20,000 bases of DNA from the IMG/VR virus record IMGVR_UViG_3300020577_013858. One strand, given 5' to 3'. How positions within the stretch are numbered: the first letter of the stretch is position 1; each line of letters opens with the position of its first letter. Below, piece after piece: positions 1 through 7,147 of this stretch. Origin of the DNA: an uncultured virus (IMG/VR IMGVR_UViG_3300020577_013858) (lineage: Duplodnaviria; Heunggongvirae; Uroviricota; Caudoviricetes). The notes beneath the pieces are model-generated. The model did no database searches. It was not told where the DNA came from and worked only from the letters and a program-made list of their open reading frames with translations. The position numbers and the translations under genes are program-made.

Positions 1-204
1 TGTGCCGTGTGGGGTGTGGGTGTGGCCGGTGCTCCTCCGCAGCAGTGGGAGACGACGACGCTGGACGCCGCCGCCGCCACGTTGACCGCGGGGTCGGGCG
101 GATGGGTCGCGATCAACGGGTTGACCATCGGGGCGCTCGGGACGGATTTCGTCATGGACCTTCTCGACTTTCGACTCGCTTCGCAGCGTGCGGGCTCGCA
201 GTAG
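1..204 (+). CDS. 3' end of a hypothetical protein (5'-truncated by window; possibly late/structural)
   Basis: Frame 1 is open from position 1 to TAG 202-204 with GC3-rich codons; the stop overlaps the AGGAG SD of the next gene. Confidence 0.6.
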   Translation, partial: CAVWGVGVAGAPPQQWETTTLDAAAATLTAGSGGWVAINGLTIGALGTDFVMDLLDFRLASQRAGSQ

Positions 205-212
205 GAGACGCT

Positions 213-644
213 ATGGGATGGCTGGAGATCGTCGGTACGGGTGGTGCGGCGGCGGGCCTGACGGCGCTCGGTTCCGTCGCCAAAGAGGCTCTCGCGCAGC
301 ATCGCGCAAATCGCGAGTCGGCCGCGAAAGCGGCGCTCGACGCGCGCGTCGTCGAGGTCAAGGCGCGGCAAGATGGCGAGGTCGCGCAGAACTCGCATGA
401 AGAGGCGCTCCTCAATACGCTGGTGGGGCTCGCGCGCGACACGGCCACGCAAGCCGTCGCGCAAGCGGAGAAGCTGTCCACGGTCATCGTGACCGCTTCG
501 ACGGCGATCAACGGCCTTCAAGCCGCCATCGCCAACCTCCAACTCGATGTGCGCGCGATCGGCTCCAAAATCGACGCACTGGAAAATCGGCTCGACGCCG
601 CCGACCGCGCAAGCGGTGTCATTTCGCGGGAGAAGGTCTCATGA
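213..644 (+). CDS. Holin-like membrane-anchored coiled-coil protein (143 aa)
   Basis: AGGAG 203-207 then ATG 213; Gly/Ala-rich hydrophobic N-terminus MGWLEIVGTGGAAAGLTALGSVA followed by heptad coiled coil (INGLQAAIANLQLDVRAIGSKIDALENRL). Function inferred from architecture and position only. Confidence 0.5.
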   Translation: MGWLEIVGTGGAAAGLTALGSVAKEALAQHRANRESAAKAALDARVVEVKARQDGEVAQNSHEEALLNTLVGLARDTATQAVAQAEKLSTVIVTASTAINGLQAAIANLQLDVRAIGSKIDALENRLDAADRASGVISREKVS

Positions 645-1213
645 GCATGTTCGTCGAACAGTTCTTCGCGGATGTCGGCGCCGTGCGGGCGATGCAATCG
701 TCCGTGGTCGAGCGCATCGACGAGGCAGCGGCTCGAATGAGCGCGAGTCTTCACGGCGTCGAGCAGCTTCTCGTGCGGGACCGCGCGTCCTTTCCGACGC
801 TGCACCCGAGTGTGCTCGTGCTCGACGACGACCTGAACGCGGCAAACACGGTTGTGCGCGCGCTCAAGCTCGAACTGCCCGCGTACCTCCGCAATCTCAC
901 GGGTGCGTCGTCGTGGGCGTTCAAGGTGTCCGCAGAACATAACGTTGAGGTCGCACGTCACCGCGTCAAGGTGGAGGGCGTGTCCGTGGTCGTCGCGGAC
1001 TACTACCTTGAGAACGCGGGCATCTCCGGCGCCTCGTTCCTTCGTTCGCTCGACCGCGCGCATCGGGGCGTGCTCGTGTCGGGGATGGCGGCCGTCGAAG
1101 AGCTGCGCGAGCTCGGGCGCGCGGCCAACGCGCAGGTGTTCCGACGCCCGGTCACCGAGGGCGAATGGCAGGCGTTCATCGCGCACGTCGCGACCCTTCT
1201 CGCCGCACCCTGA
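641..1213 (+). CDS. Stand-alone CheY-like response regulator receiver protein with N-terminal helical extension
   Basis: VLVLDDD (D62-64), VVVADYYL (phosphoacceptor D120), ISG, LVSG (S147), FRRP at the conserved KP position; ATGA overlap with upstream gene; no output domain. Confidence 0.8.
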   Translation: MSMFVEQFFADVGAVRAMQSSVVERIDEAAARMSASLHGVEQLLVRDRASFPTLHPSVLVLDDDLNAANTVVRALKLELPAYLRNLTGASSWAFKVSAEHNVEVARHRVKVEGVSVVVADYYLENAGISGASFLRSLDRAHRGVLVSGMAAVEELRELGRAANAQVFRRPVTEGEWQAFIAHVATLLAAP

Positions 1214-1217
1214 ACCG

Positions 1218-2234
1218 TTACCGTTTCGTCGTGATCCACGCGGCGCGTTCCTTCGCGTTGCGCAAGCACGGACCCTGCGCGAGCACGTAGGACGCGAGGC
1301 CCCCGTCTTCGGCCTGTGCGTGTCGCAGCCGATCGAAAAGCCGATCTCCGAGCGCGCTGCGATAGTAGTGCTTGTGGACGTCGTCGCGCGTGAGGTTGCA
1401 GGTGACGAACGTCACGCGCCCGGCGTTGTAGCGCTCCAACAGCAGTTCCGTGATGCGCGTGGGGTCTTCTTCGGTCCCGAGGTCGTCGAGAAGCATCGCG
1501 CGCGCTTGACACCAGCGCTCCCACTCCTGTTGCGCCTGGAACCCGGTGCGTCGGTCGCGTGGGCCAACCCACGTTGCCGCGAGGTACACCGCGCTTTCGC
1601 CGCACGTGCGCAGGAGCACGTGCGCCGCCGCGACGGTCTTTCCGATGCCCTTCGCGCCCGACACGACGCGAATGCACGCGGCGCGGCGCGGGGTACGCCA
1701 CGCCCAAGCCTCGCGAAAAAGCCGCAGGGATTCCGACTCAGGGAGCCAATCGTCGTATGCCGGTTCGCGCACGTTCGGATCGCCCGGGAGGCCCATCGCG
1801 TTCGCGGTGCGCTCGTAGGCCGCGCGTCGACGTCCGACCTCCGCCTTGAGCGTCGCCCTGAACACCTCGACGAGATCGGAGCCGTTCCGGGGGAGACGAC
1901 GCACGATCGCCAGAAGGTGCTTCCATGCAACCGCGCGGGGTTCCGGTTCGACCGTGCCGAGCGCGTAGCGATGCTGCGTCCATGCCTGCACCGCGTCACC
2001 GAGCGTCCGCACGCGGCCCGCCTGGTCGTAGAACGCCGCCAACACCTCGGGGGTGTTCTCGGGGGCGCCGTGCGCGGGCACGAGTCGAACGGGTGTCGGG
2101 CTCGCAAGCAGTTGGGCAAGCAGCACGGGCACGCCGTGATGCTCGCCCGTGCGACGCGCAAGCAGACTCGCGTTGAGCTCGCGCTCATAGTCCGATCCGA
2201 AATCCAGCGTGCGTTGCGGGTCGTTGGAGCTCAT
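1218..2234 (-). CDS. DnaC/IstB-like AAA+ ATPase (phage replication helicase loader type)
   Basis: Walker A VVSGAKGIGKT, Walker B MLLDDLGTE, sensor TFVTCNL, LGDRLFDRL; start MSSNDP at 2234 overlaps upstream stop (ATGA). Confidence 0.85.
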   Translation of the reverse strand: MSSNDPQRTLDFGSDYERELNASLLARRTGEHHGVPVLLAQLLASPTPVRLVPAHGAPENTPEVLAAFYDQAGRVRTLGDAVQAWTQHRYALGTVEPEPRAVAWKHLLAIVRRLPRNGSDLVEVFRATLKAEVGRRRAAYERTANAMGLPGDPNVREPAYDDWLPESESLRLFREAWAWRTPRRAACIRVVSGAKGIGKTVAAAHVLLRTCGESAVYLAATWVGPRDRRTGFQAQQEWERWCQARAMLLDDLGTEEDPTRITELLLERYNAGRVTFVTCNLTRDDVHKHYYRSALGDRLFDRLRHAQAEDGGLASYVLAQGPCLRNAKERAAWITTKR

Positions 2235-2689
2235 TCGCCTTCGGTAAGCGCTTTCCCGAGGGCCTGGAGTTCCTCGCGAAGTCGGGCGTTCTCCGCCGTG
2301 AGGGCGTCGATGCGTTCGCTGCGAAGCGTCGCAAAGTCGCACAGTCTCATGCGCTCCTGCATGAGCTTGTCGAGGTCGCGCGTGAGTTCGGTGATACGTT
2401 CGGCGCGATCCGCCGAAAGGCCGCGCAGGCTCGTGTGCTCCTGCGTGAGCTTCTCGAAACGTTCTTGCTCGACCTCGCGGGTCGTCTCCGAAGTGGAGAG
2501 CTTGAGTTCGAGTTCGCGGATGCGTGCCCGAAGAATCTCGGTCGATTCTGAGGCAGGCATGGTCACGGGAAGAACCCGCTCGATATACTCCCGCTTGACA
2601 CTCGCGCGGGGCTCTCCGTCGGTCGAGGTGTGGTTCGCGAGTGCAGCGGGGTCACGGGTCGTGTTGCTGGAAATCGTTGAGGCTTTCAT
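2231..2689 (-). CDS. Coiled-coil hypothetical protein (152 aa)
   Basis: ATG 2689 overlaps the stop of the HTH gene; long heptad E/R/L-rich C-terminal half (LRARIRELELKL...LTAENARLREELQAL). Confidence 0.75.
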   Translation of the reverse strand: MKASTISSNTTRDPAALANHTSTDGEPRASVKREYIERVLPVTMPASESTEILRARIRELELKLSTSETTREVEQERFEKLTQEHTSLRGLSADRAERITELTRDLDKLMQERMRLCDFATLRSERIDALTAENARLREELQALGKALTEGE

Positions 2690-2991
2690 GGACGGCGTTC
2701 CTTTCGCGTGGCGTTCACTGCGCGCTCGACTCGCGCACGGGCGTGCGGCGTGCGAAGGCTTCGCACGCCACGATAGGGGGTTCCGTCGCCCGCGCCAAGC
2801 CACGCGAGCGAGCAGCGAAAGACGCGCGCGAGGGCGTAGACGGTGGCGAACGAAACGTGCGGGTGATCCTTCGCCCGAAGGGCGTAGAGCTGCGCGCGGG
2901 AGAGGCCCGAAAGCGCGGCGATCTCGTGCTCGGGTCGAGTGAAGCGCGCGGCGCGCGTGAGCGCCGCAAGGCGTTGGCGGAGCGTGCTCAT
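2686..2991 (-). CDS. XRE/Cro-C1-type helix-turn-helix regulator (101 aa)
   Basis: MSTLRQRL...EIAALSGLSRAQLYALR...VSFATVYALARVFRCSLAWLGAGDG is the typical XRE pattern; GAGGAG SD upstream; ATGA overlaps at both ends. Confidence 0.8.
   Translation of the reverse strand: MSTLRQRLAALTRAARFTRPEHEIAALSGLSRAQLYALRAKDHPHVSFATVYALARVFRCSLAWLGAGDGTPYRGVRSLRTPHARARVERAVNATRKERRP
2747..2769. promoter_or_regulatory. Palindrome copy 1: GGCGTGCGAAG-G-CTTCGCACGCC, inside the XRE gene
   Basis: Perfect 11-bp arms; same core as 13174-13190 and 17011-17026. Confidence 0.6.
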
Positions 2992-3164
2992 CGGCGTCTC
3001 CTCGCGATGGCGCCCTCGCGCTTGCACCTCATGCACGTGTCCCGTGCGCAGGAGGTGTTGGTGTTGAAGACGAAGCCGCACGCGCGGCATTCGATCTCCC
3101 GCGCGTGGTAGAGACCGAGGTCGTCGTCGATGTGACGACGCACGAGAAACAGGGGGTCATCCAT
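2988..3164 (-). CDS. Small Zn-ribbon protein (58 aa), absent from the ORF track
   Basis: Hand translation MDDPLFLVRRHIDDDLGLYHAREIECRACGFVFNTNTSCARDTCMRCKREGAIARRRR*; CxxCG...CxxC; stop overlaps XRE ATG; ATG lies 7 nt after a -10 box. Confidence 0.75.
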   Translation of the reverse strand: MDDPLFLVRRHIDDDLGLYHAREIECRACGFVFNTNTSCARDTCMRCKREGAIARRRR

Positions 3165-3171
3165 GGTGCGG

Positions 3172-3200
3172 ACGGTAGATCAAAAAAAGGTGTACAGCAA
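3172..3200 (-). promoter_or_regulatory. Leftward sigma70-type promoter, probably leaderless
   Basis: TTGCTG (3200-3195)-N17-TACCGT (3177-3172), then 7 nt to ATG 3164; AT-rich island. Confidence 0.6.
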
Positions 3201-3203
3201 TCG

Positions 3204-3232
3204 TTGACTTTGAGTCTTCGCTTTGCCACGAT
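3204..3232 (+). promoter_or_regulatory. Rightward sigma70-type promoter
   Basis: TTGACT (3204-3209)-N17-CACGAT (3227-3232) with extended -10 TG; ATG at 3243 has no SD. Confidence 0.6.
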
Positions 3233-3242
3233 CGTGACAGTC

Positions 3243-3971
3243 ATGACCGAGAGCAATCCTACGTCTGAGGCTTCTCCGCCCCCTTCGATCGACCACAAGG
3301 CGCTCGCGTCGATCGTCCGCACGGGGGATCTTCGCGAGCTCTCCGAAGCGGATCGGGTCGAGCTCATGTCGTCGGCGTGTCGCGCGCTCGGGCTCGACCC
3401 GTTTACGATGCCGTTTTCGTTCGTCAACATCGGGGGGCGCGTGCAGTTGTACGCGCGGCGTTCGGCCACCGATCAACTCGCGCGGATTCACGGACTCGTG
3501 CGCGAGGTCATCGACGGCCCGAAGGTGGTTCCGGTGCTCAACAGCGCCGTTGCGTTTGCGATGTGCAGGTTGACGCTTCCCTCGGGGCGCTACGAAACGG
3601 CGTCGGGCACCGTGCCGTTGTCTCACCAGAACGCAGGCGATGCGCTCATGACCGCGGAGACGAAGGCCAAGCGCCGCGGAACGCTCGCGATTCTGGGGCT
3701 CGGGATGCTCGACGAGATGGAGGTGGACGTCATCCCCGGGGCAGAAATCGCGGAGGTCATTGCGCTCAAGGAACGCATCGAGCGTGAGGTCTCGTCGGTC
3801 GAGACCGCCGCGCGCGTCTGGGTTGAGGTGTCGGCGCGCGTCGAGGCGCTCACGCCCGTGCAACAACGCCGCGTGCGCGCTGTGCTGGTCAAGGCGTCGC
3901 GGTCGAACGCGGACGCGGTACGTGCGGCGGTGTCCGCGCGGCGCGCGGAGACGAAGGGGAGTGCGGCGTGA
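3243..3971 (+). CDS. Probable phage single-strand annealing/recombination protein (RecT/Redbeta-like)
   Basis: GDLRELSEADRV..C..LGLDPFTMPF...G+VQLYA....DQL..IHG and ALMTAETKAKRR.TL.I.GLGMLDE.E motifs, recalled from a common phage protein family; first gene of the early operon. Confidence 0.6.
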   Translation: MTESNPTSEASPPPSIDHKALASIVRTGDLRELSEADRVELMSSACRALGLDPFTMPFSFVNIGGRVQLYARRSATDQLARIHGLVREVIDGPKVVPVLNSAVAFAMCRLTLPSGRYETASGTVPLSHQNAGDALMTAETKAKRRGTLAILGLGMLDEMEVDVIPGAEIAEVIALKERIEREVSSVETAARVWVEVSARVEALTPVQQRRVRAVLVKASRSNADAVRAAVSARRAETKGSAA

Positions 3972-4090
3972 GCGCTTGCTGCACTCGTGCTCTCAGGCTT
4001 TGGGTTCCGGTGATCGCACGCATCTGCGCGCGGGTTTCCGGGGAGGCGCGTTGCGCGCTCGCGCTGCGCAGGTGCGAGGGATGCTCATGA
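3968..4090 (+). CDS. Small Cys-rich ORF (40 aa), absent from the ORF track
   Basis: GTG 3968 and TGA 4090 give 4-nt overlaps with both neighbours; VSACCTRALRLWVPVIARICARVSGEARCALALRRCEGCS. Confidence 0.5.
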   Translation: MSACCTRALRLWVPVIARICARVSGEARCALALRRCEGCS

Positions 4091-4818
4091 GCCACGCCTT
4101 CACCCGCTTTGCGACCGAAGCGGTCACGCACGCGCGACCGCCCCATGCGTTCGACACGGCGCTCGCGCGGGCGATCGGAGACGGCTCTGTCCCGGTCGTG
4201 GCGTTGGTGCGTGTGCTTCTCGACGCGCCCACGACGGACCCGTGGACCGACACGCGGAACATGGCGCTCGCCCATGTCGCGGCGCATCCCGAGCTGGCCG
4301 TGTCCGTGCTCGCGATCGGCGCGCAGGTGCTCGCGGATTGGCCCGAGCCGACGTACACGTTTCAAATGCACGGTGACCCGCATTGCGCGCGCTTTCAGTG
4401 CTTCGCGTGCCTTGCGATCGGAGGCCCAAGCGCAGAAGGCGGCTTCGTCGAGCGGGTTCACGGGACGGGCATCGGTCGCACGAAGCACGAGGCCAAGCAG
4501 CGCGCGTCGGTCGATCTTCTCGCGCGCGTCGCGCGACTGGCGGTGCCCGAGGTCGAGGTCGCGCCCGCGAAGTCTTCGCCGCCCGAGGTGACCGACGCCG
4601 ACCCGATTCAGGCGCTCTACCATTGGTGCAGCCGTCGCGCGCTTCCCGTCGTGCCTGCGTTCGCGTTCGCGATCGAAGGGCCGCCCCATCGCGCGGAGGT
4701 GACGTGCCACTGTCACCTGCACGGGTTCCCGCACACGTCGGGCAAGGCCCGCACGAAGCAGGGTGCGAAGCGTGCGGCGTGCGAACTCATGCTCGCGACG
4801 ATTCGAGGTGCGACGTGA
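4087..4818 (+). CDS. Tandem double-stranded RNA-binding domain (2x dsRBD) protein, 243 aa, no RNase III domain
   Basis: Repeat 1 AVSVL...PEPTYTF..HGDPHCARF.C...GIGRTKHEAKQRASVDLL; repeat 2 DPIQALYHWC...P.FAF..EGPPHRAEVTC...GKARTKQGAKRAACELML; both carry GxxH loop and KxxAK helix motifs. Confidence 0.85.
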   Translation: MSHAFTRFATEAVTHARPPHAFDTALARAIGDGSVPVVALVRVLLDAPTTDPWTDTRNMALAHVAAHPELAVSVLAIGAQVLADWPEPTYTFQMHGDPHCARFQCFACLAIGGPSAEGGFVERVHGTGIGRTKHEAKQRASVDLLARVARLAVPEVEVAPAKSSPPEVTDADPIQALYHWCSRRALPVVPAFAFAIEGPPHRAEVTCHCHLHGFPHTSGKARTKQGAKRAACELMLATIRGAT

Positions 4819-5834
4819 AGCTCGACGTGAAGCACGCGATCCAGACCCCTCAGGGGTGGGTCATTTGCCCCGAGGTGTTGGTGCAGCGGACGGCGACGTG
4901 GGCGGTCTACACGGTAGACCTTCGCGGGGTGGATGCGGAAACGATCGAGATCCGAACGAAAGACGGTGGTTACTCTGTCCGTGCGCGTTCTCGCGAAGCG
5001 GTGACGCTGTGTGTCGGCGGAGACCCCTTCTGCGAGGTGCCCGGTGTTTCGTACGAGGTTGAGGTCTCGATTCCGAGCCTTCAGTCGTCGATGGTGTTCC
5101 CGCAGTTCGATCGCGACACGGATAGGCTGTCATTCTCCGTGCAGTGTAACGATACGACGGCGCAAACCGGATTCCCGGTGCCAGTCAACTTCACCGGCCG
5201 CCCGCGGCGTGCCGATGTCCCGGTGCAGGCGATGCCCGTGATGGCGCCTGCCCCCAAACCCAAAAAGGAGCCCTCGAAAATGCCCGAACCGAAAGAACCC
5301 TCACTCCGCGAGCGGGTCGCCGCGCATCCGGTCGTCAAGACCGTCGAGCGCGATGCGGCGGATGCTGCGTGGCGCATGGCAGGTCATCAGCTCGTCAAGC
5401 TCGCGCGCGAGCCTCTCGTCGCGGCTCTGGCGCGGTCGCTCGGACCCGGTGACGAGACGTTCCGCGCGCGTCTCGCGGCGTTCCTCGAAACCGAGCTCGG
5501 CGCGACGCTTCTCACGGCGCTCCTGTCCGTGGGGCTCTCGGCGGTCCCGGCGCTTCCCGGGCTCCCTGCACCGCTCGTGCAGCGGTTGGCCCAAGAACTG
5601 CGCGTGAAGTCGATGGCGGGCGCGGCGGATCTCATCGTCGACGTCGTGATGGGGCCGGTGCGCGAGACGCTCGCGACGTTCGCGGCGGGCGGGCAGATCA
5701 CCCTCATGCCGTTTCCCGTGAGCGAAGAGGACGCGCAGATTCCCGCGACGTCGAGCGCGACCCCCGCGGCGTTCGACGGCGGCGCGCGCCCCGAAGCGAC
5801 GGAGACCGTGAAGAGGCGTCGTCGTGCAGATTGA
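4815..5834 (+). CDS. Hsp20/alpha-crystallin-like N-terminal domain + Pro-rich linker + helical C-terminal domain
   Basis: PEVLVQRTATWAVYTVDLRGVDAETIEIRTKDGGYSVRAR resembles the Hsp20 P.VD+.ET...Y.+..DLPGV..E.I.+...DG.L.+.G.R pattern; GTG 4815 overlaps upstream stop. Confidence 0.55.
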   Translation: MKLDVKHAIQTPQGWVICPEVLVQRTATWAVYTVDLRGVDAETIEIRTKDGGYSVRARSREAVTLCVGGDPFCEVPGVSYEVEVSIPSLQSSMVFPQFDRDTDRLSFSVQCNDTTAQTGFPVPVNFTGRPRRADVPVQAMPVMAPAPKPKKEPSKMPEPKEPSLRERVAAHPVVKTVERDAADAAWRMAGHQLVKLAREPLVAALARSLGPGDETFRARLAAFLETELGATLLTALLSVGLSAVPALPGLPAPLVQRLAQELRVKSMAGAADLIVDVVMGPVRETLATFAAGGQITLMPFPVSEEDAQIPATSSATPAAFDGGARPEATETVKRRRRAD

Positions 5835-6840
5835 CCTCTTTCCGCCCGTTCCGCCCAAGCTCGGGCAAGGGGATGGCGCGCGCTTCTCACAGCCCGACCG
5901 ACATCACCGTTACGCCCTCTGGCGCACGTGGAGTCATCACGGGCCGCGCGTCGTGTTCGTGATGCTCAACCCGAGCGTGGCGAACGAGAAGGAACCCGAC
6001 CTCACGCTCACGAAGTGCTGCGAGTTCGCGCGTCGGTGGGGCTACGGTGGCGTCGTGCTGGTCAACCTCTTCACGTGGGTCGAGACGCAAAGCGAAGAGC
6101 TCGTGCGGCGCGTTCACGCGGGCGAACCCGTGAACGGTCCCGGCGCGGACGCGGCGATCGTCGAGGCCCTTGCGCTGGCAGACCGCATCGTGATCGCGAC
6201 GGGCGACGTCCCCTTCGCTCGGGAGCGACTCGCGCACGTGCTCGCGCTGTGCGCGCAACGCCCCGTGCAGTGCCTCGGGCTCACGAAGGCGGGCTTCCCG
6301 CGTCACCCTTCGCGGTTGGGCTATGCGGCGACGCTCATGCCCTTCGACGGCCTTCCCGCGGAGCCCTTCGACGCGCGCGGGCTCACGTTCTGGCGACCGT
6401 GGGCGGAGGCCATCTTTCGGCCCGTGCCGCCCGGGGCGACCGCGCCCCATCCGAAGGACGTCGACAATCGTCCGCGCCCGCCTGGTTTCATGCGCGGCAA
6501 GCGCATCGCCGTTCACACCGCGCAACGCATCCATCACGAGGGCCTGGATTGGCTCCGTCGCACGTTCGGGTATCCCTGGACCGTCGCAGACCTCGCGCAC
6601 CCGGGCGTGATCCTCGGGACGGTGCGCGTCGCGGGCACGGTCACCGAGGGCGCGCGCGCGTGGTTCTTCGGGCCGGAATGGAACGGGAAAGAGAACGTCG
6701 GTTGGCTCCTCGACGACGTGCGCCCATTCGCCACGCCCATCCCGTTCACCCCGAGCTTCGCGCGGGGCTTCTGGCGCTTGCCGCCCGACGTGCTCGCGCG
6801 CGTCGAGATGCAGTATCACCAGCACGGAGAACGCGCGTGA
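5824..6840 (+). CDS. DUF1643 domain fused to an ASCH (PUA-like) domain
   Basis: N-half RYALWRTW....VVFVMLNPSVA....D.T...C..FARRWGYGG...VNLF...CLGLTK.G.PRHP (DUF1643); C-half GLTFWRPWAEAI..KDVDNR...RIAVHT...GVILGTV...W.LDDVRPF..PI...GFW (ASCH). Confidence 0.85.
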   Translation: MQIDLFPPVPPKLGQGDGARFSQPDRHHRYALWRTWSHHGPRVVFVMLNPSVANEKEPDLTLTKCCEFARRWGYGGVVLVNLFTWVETQSEELVRRVHAGEPVNGPGADAAIVEALALADRIVIATGDVPFARERLAHVLALCAQRPVQCLGLTKAGFPRHPSRLGYAATLMPFDGLPAEPFDARGLTFWRPWAEAIFRPVPPGATAPHPKDVDNRPRPPGFMRGKRIAVHTAQRIHHEGLDWLRRTFGYPWTVADLAHPGVILGTVRVAGTVTEGARAWFFGPEWNGKENVGWLLDDVRPFATPIPFTPSFARGFWRLPPDVLARVEMQYHQHGERA

Positions 6841-7112
6841 AGCCGTCTGAGGTATGGCTGATCGGTTCGCCCTTCCCGTTGGTTAACACCTTCGGGAGCG
6901 TCGAGCGCGAGTGTGCGGTGGCGATGGTCGTGCGTGCGCTCGCGGCGACCGTCGATCGGTGGGAGCCGATCACGGGCGTGGACATCGCTGCGGTCGTGCG
7001 CGCGGACCTCGCCGAGTCGCGCGAGCCGTGGTTCTCAATCTGTGGCGCGTCGAGTTTCGGCGCGAGGTGCCTTCGCTCGACACGCCCTGACAATCGGGCA
7101 GAGGGGCGTTGA
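6837..7112 (+). CDS. Hypothetical protein (91 aa), C-terminus possibly disrupted
   Basis: GTG 6837 overlaps upstream stop; good codon bias for about 65 codons, then weaker. Confidence 0.55.
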   Translation: MKPSEVWLIGSPFPLVNTFGSVERECAVAMVVRALAATVDRWEPITGVDIAAVVRADLAESREPWFSICGASSFGARCLRSTRPDNRAEGR

Positions 7113-7137
7113 CGCGCCCTTTGTTCTTCAATAAAGG
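7109..7137 (+). promoter_or_regulatory. Candidate promoter with overlapping imperfect palindrome
   Basis: TTGACG 7109-7114, N17, TAAAGG (weak -10); CCTTTGTT-cttc-AATAAAGG at 7118-7137; AT-rich island. Confidence 0.45.
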
Positions 7138-7147
7138 TAAACACATC

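Noticed and set aside
1218..2234. IS21 element (IstB)
   Set aside because: No IstA transposase or terminal inverted repeats; context is a phage operon
852..2942. 696-aa + strand ORF and many other long Arg/Ala-rich ORFs in the track (e.g. 6746-8140 -, 15621-16922 -, 11900-13099 -)
   Set aside because: Shadow frames of real genes in high-GC DNA; no motifs, no SD, and they overlap better-supported CDSs
4087..4818. RNase III (rnc)
   Set aside because: No ERLEFLGD catalytic signature; only dsRBDs are present
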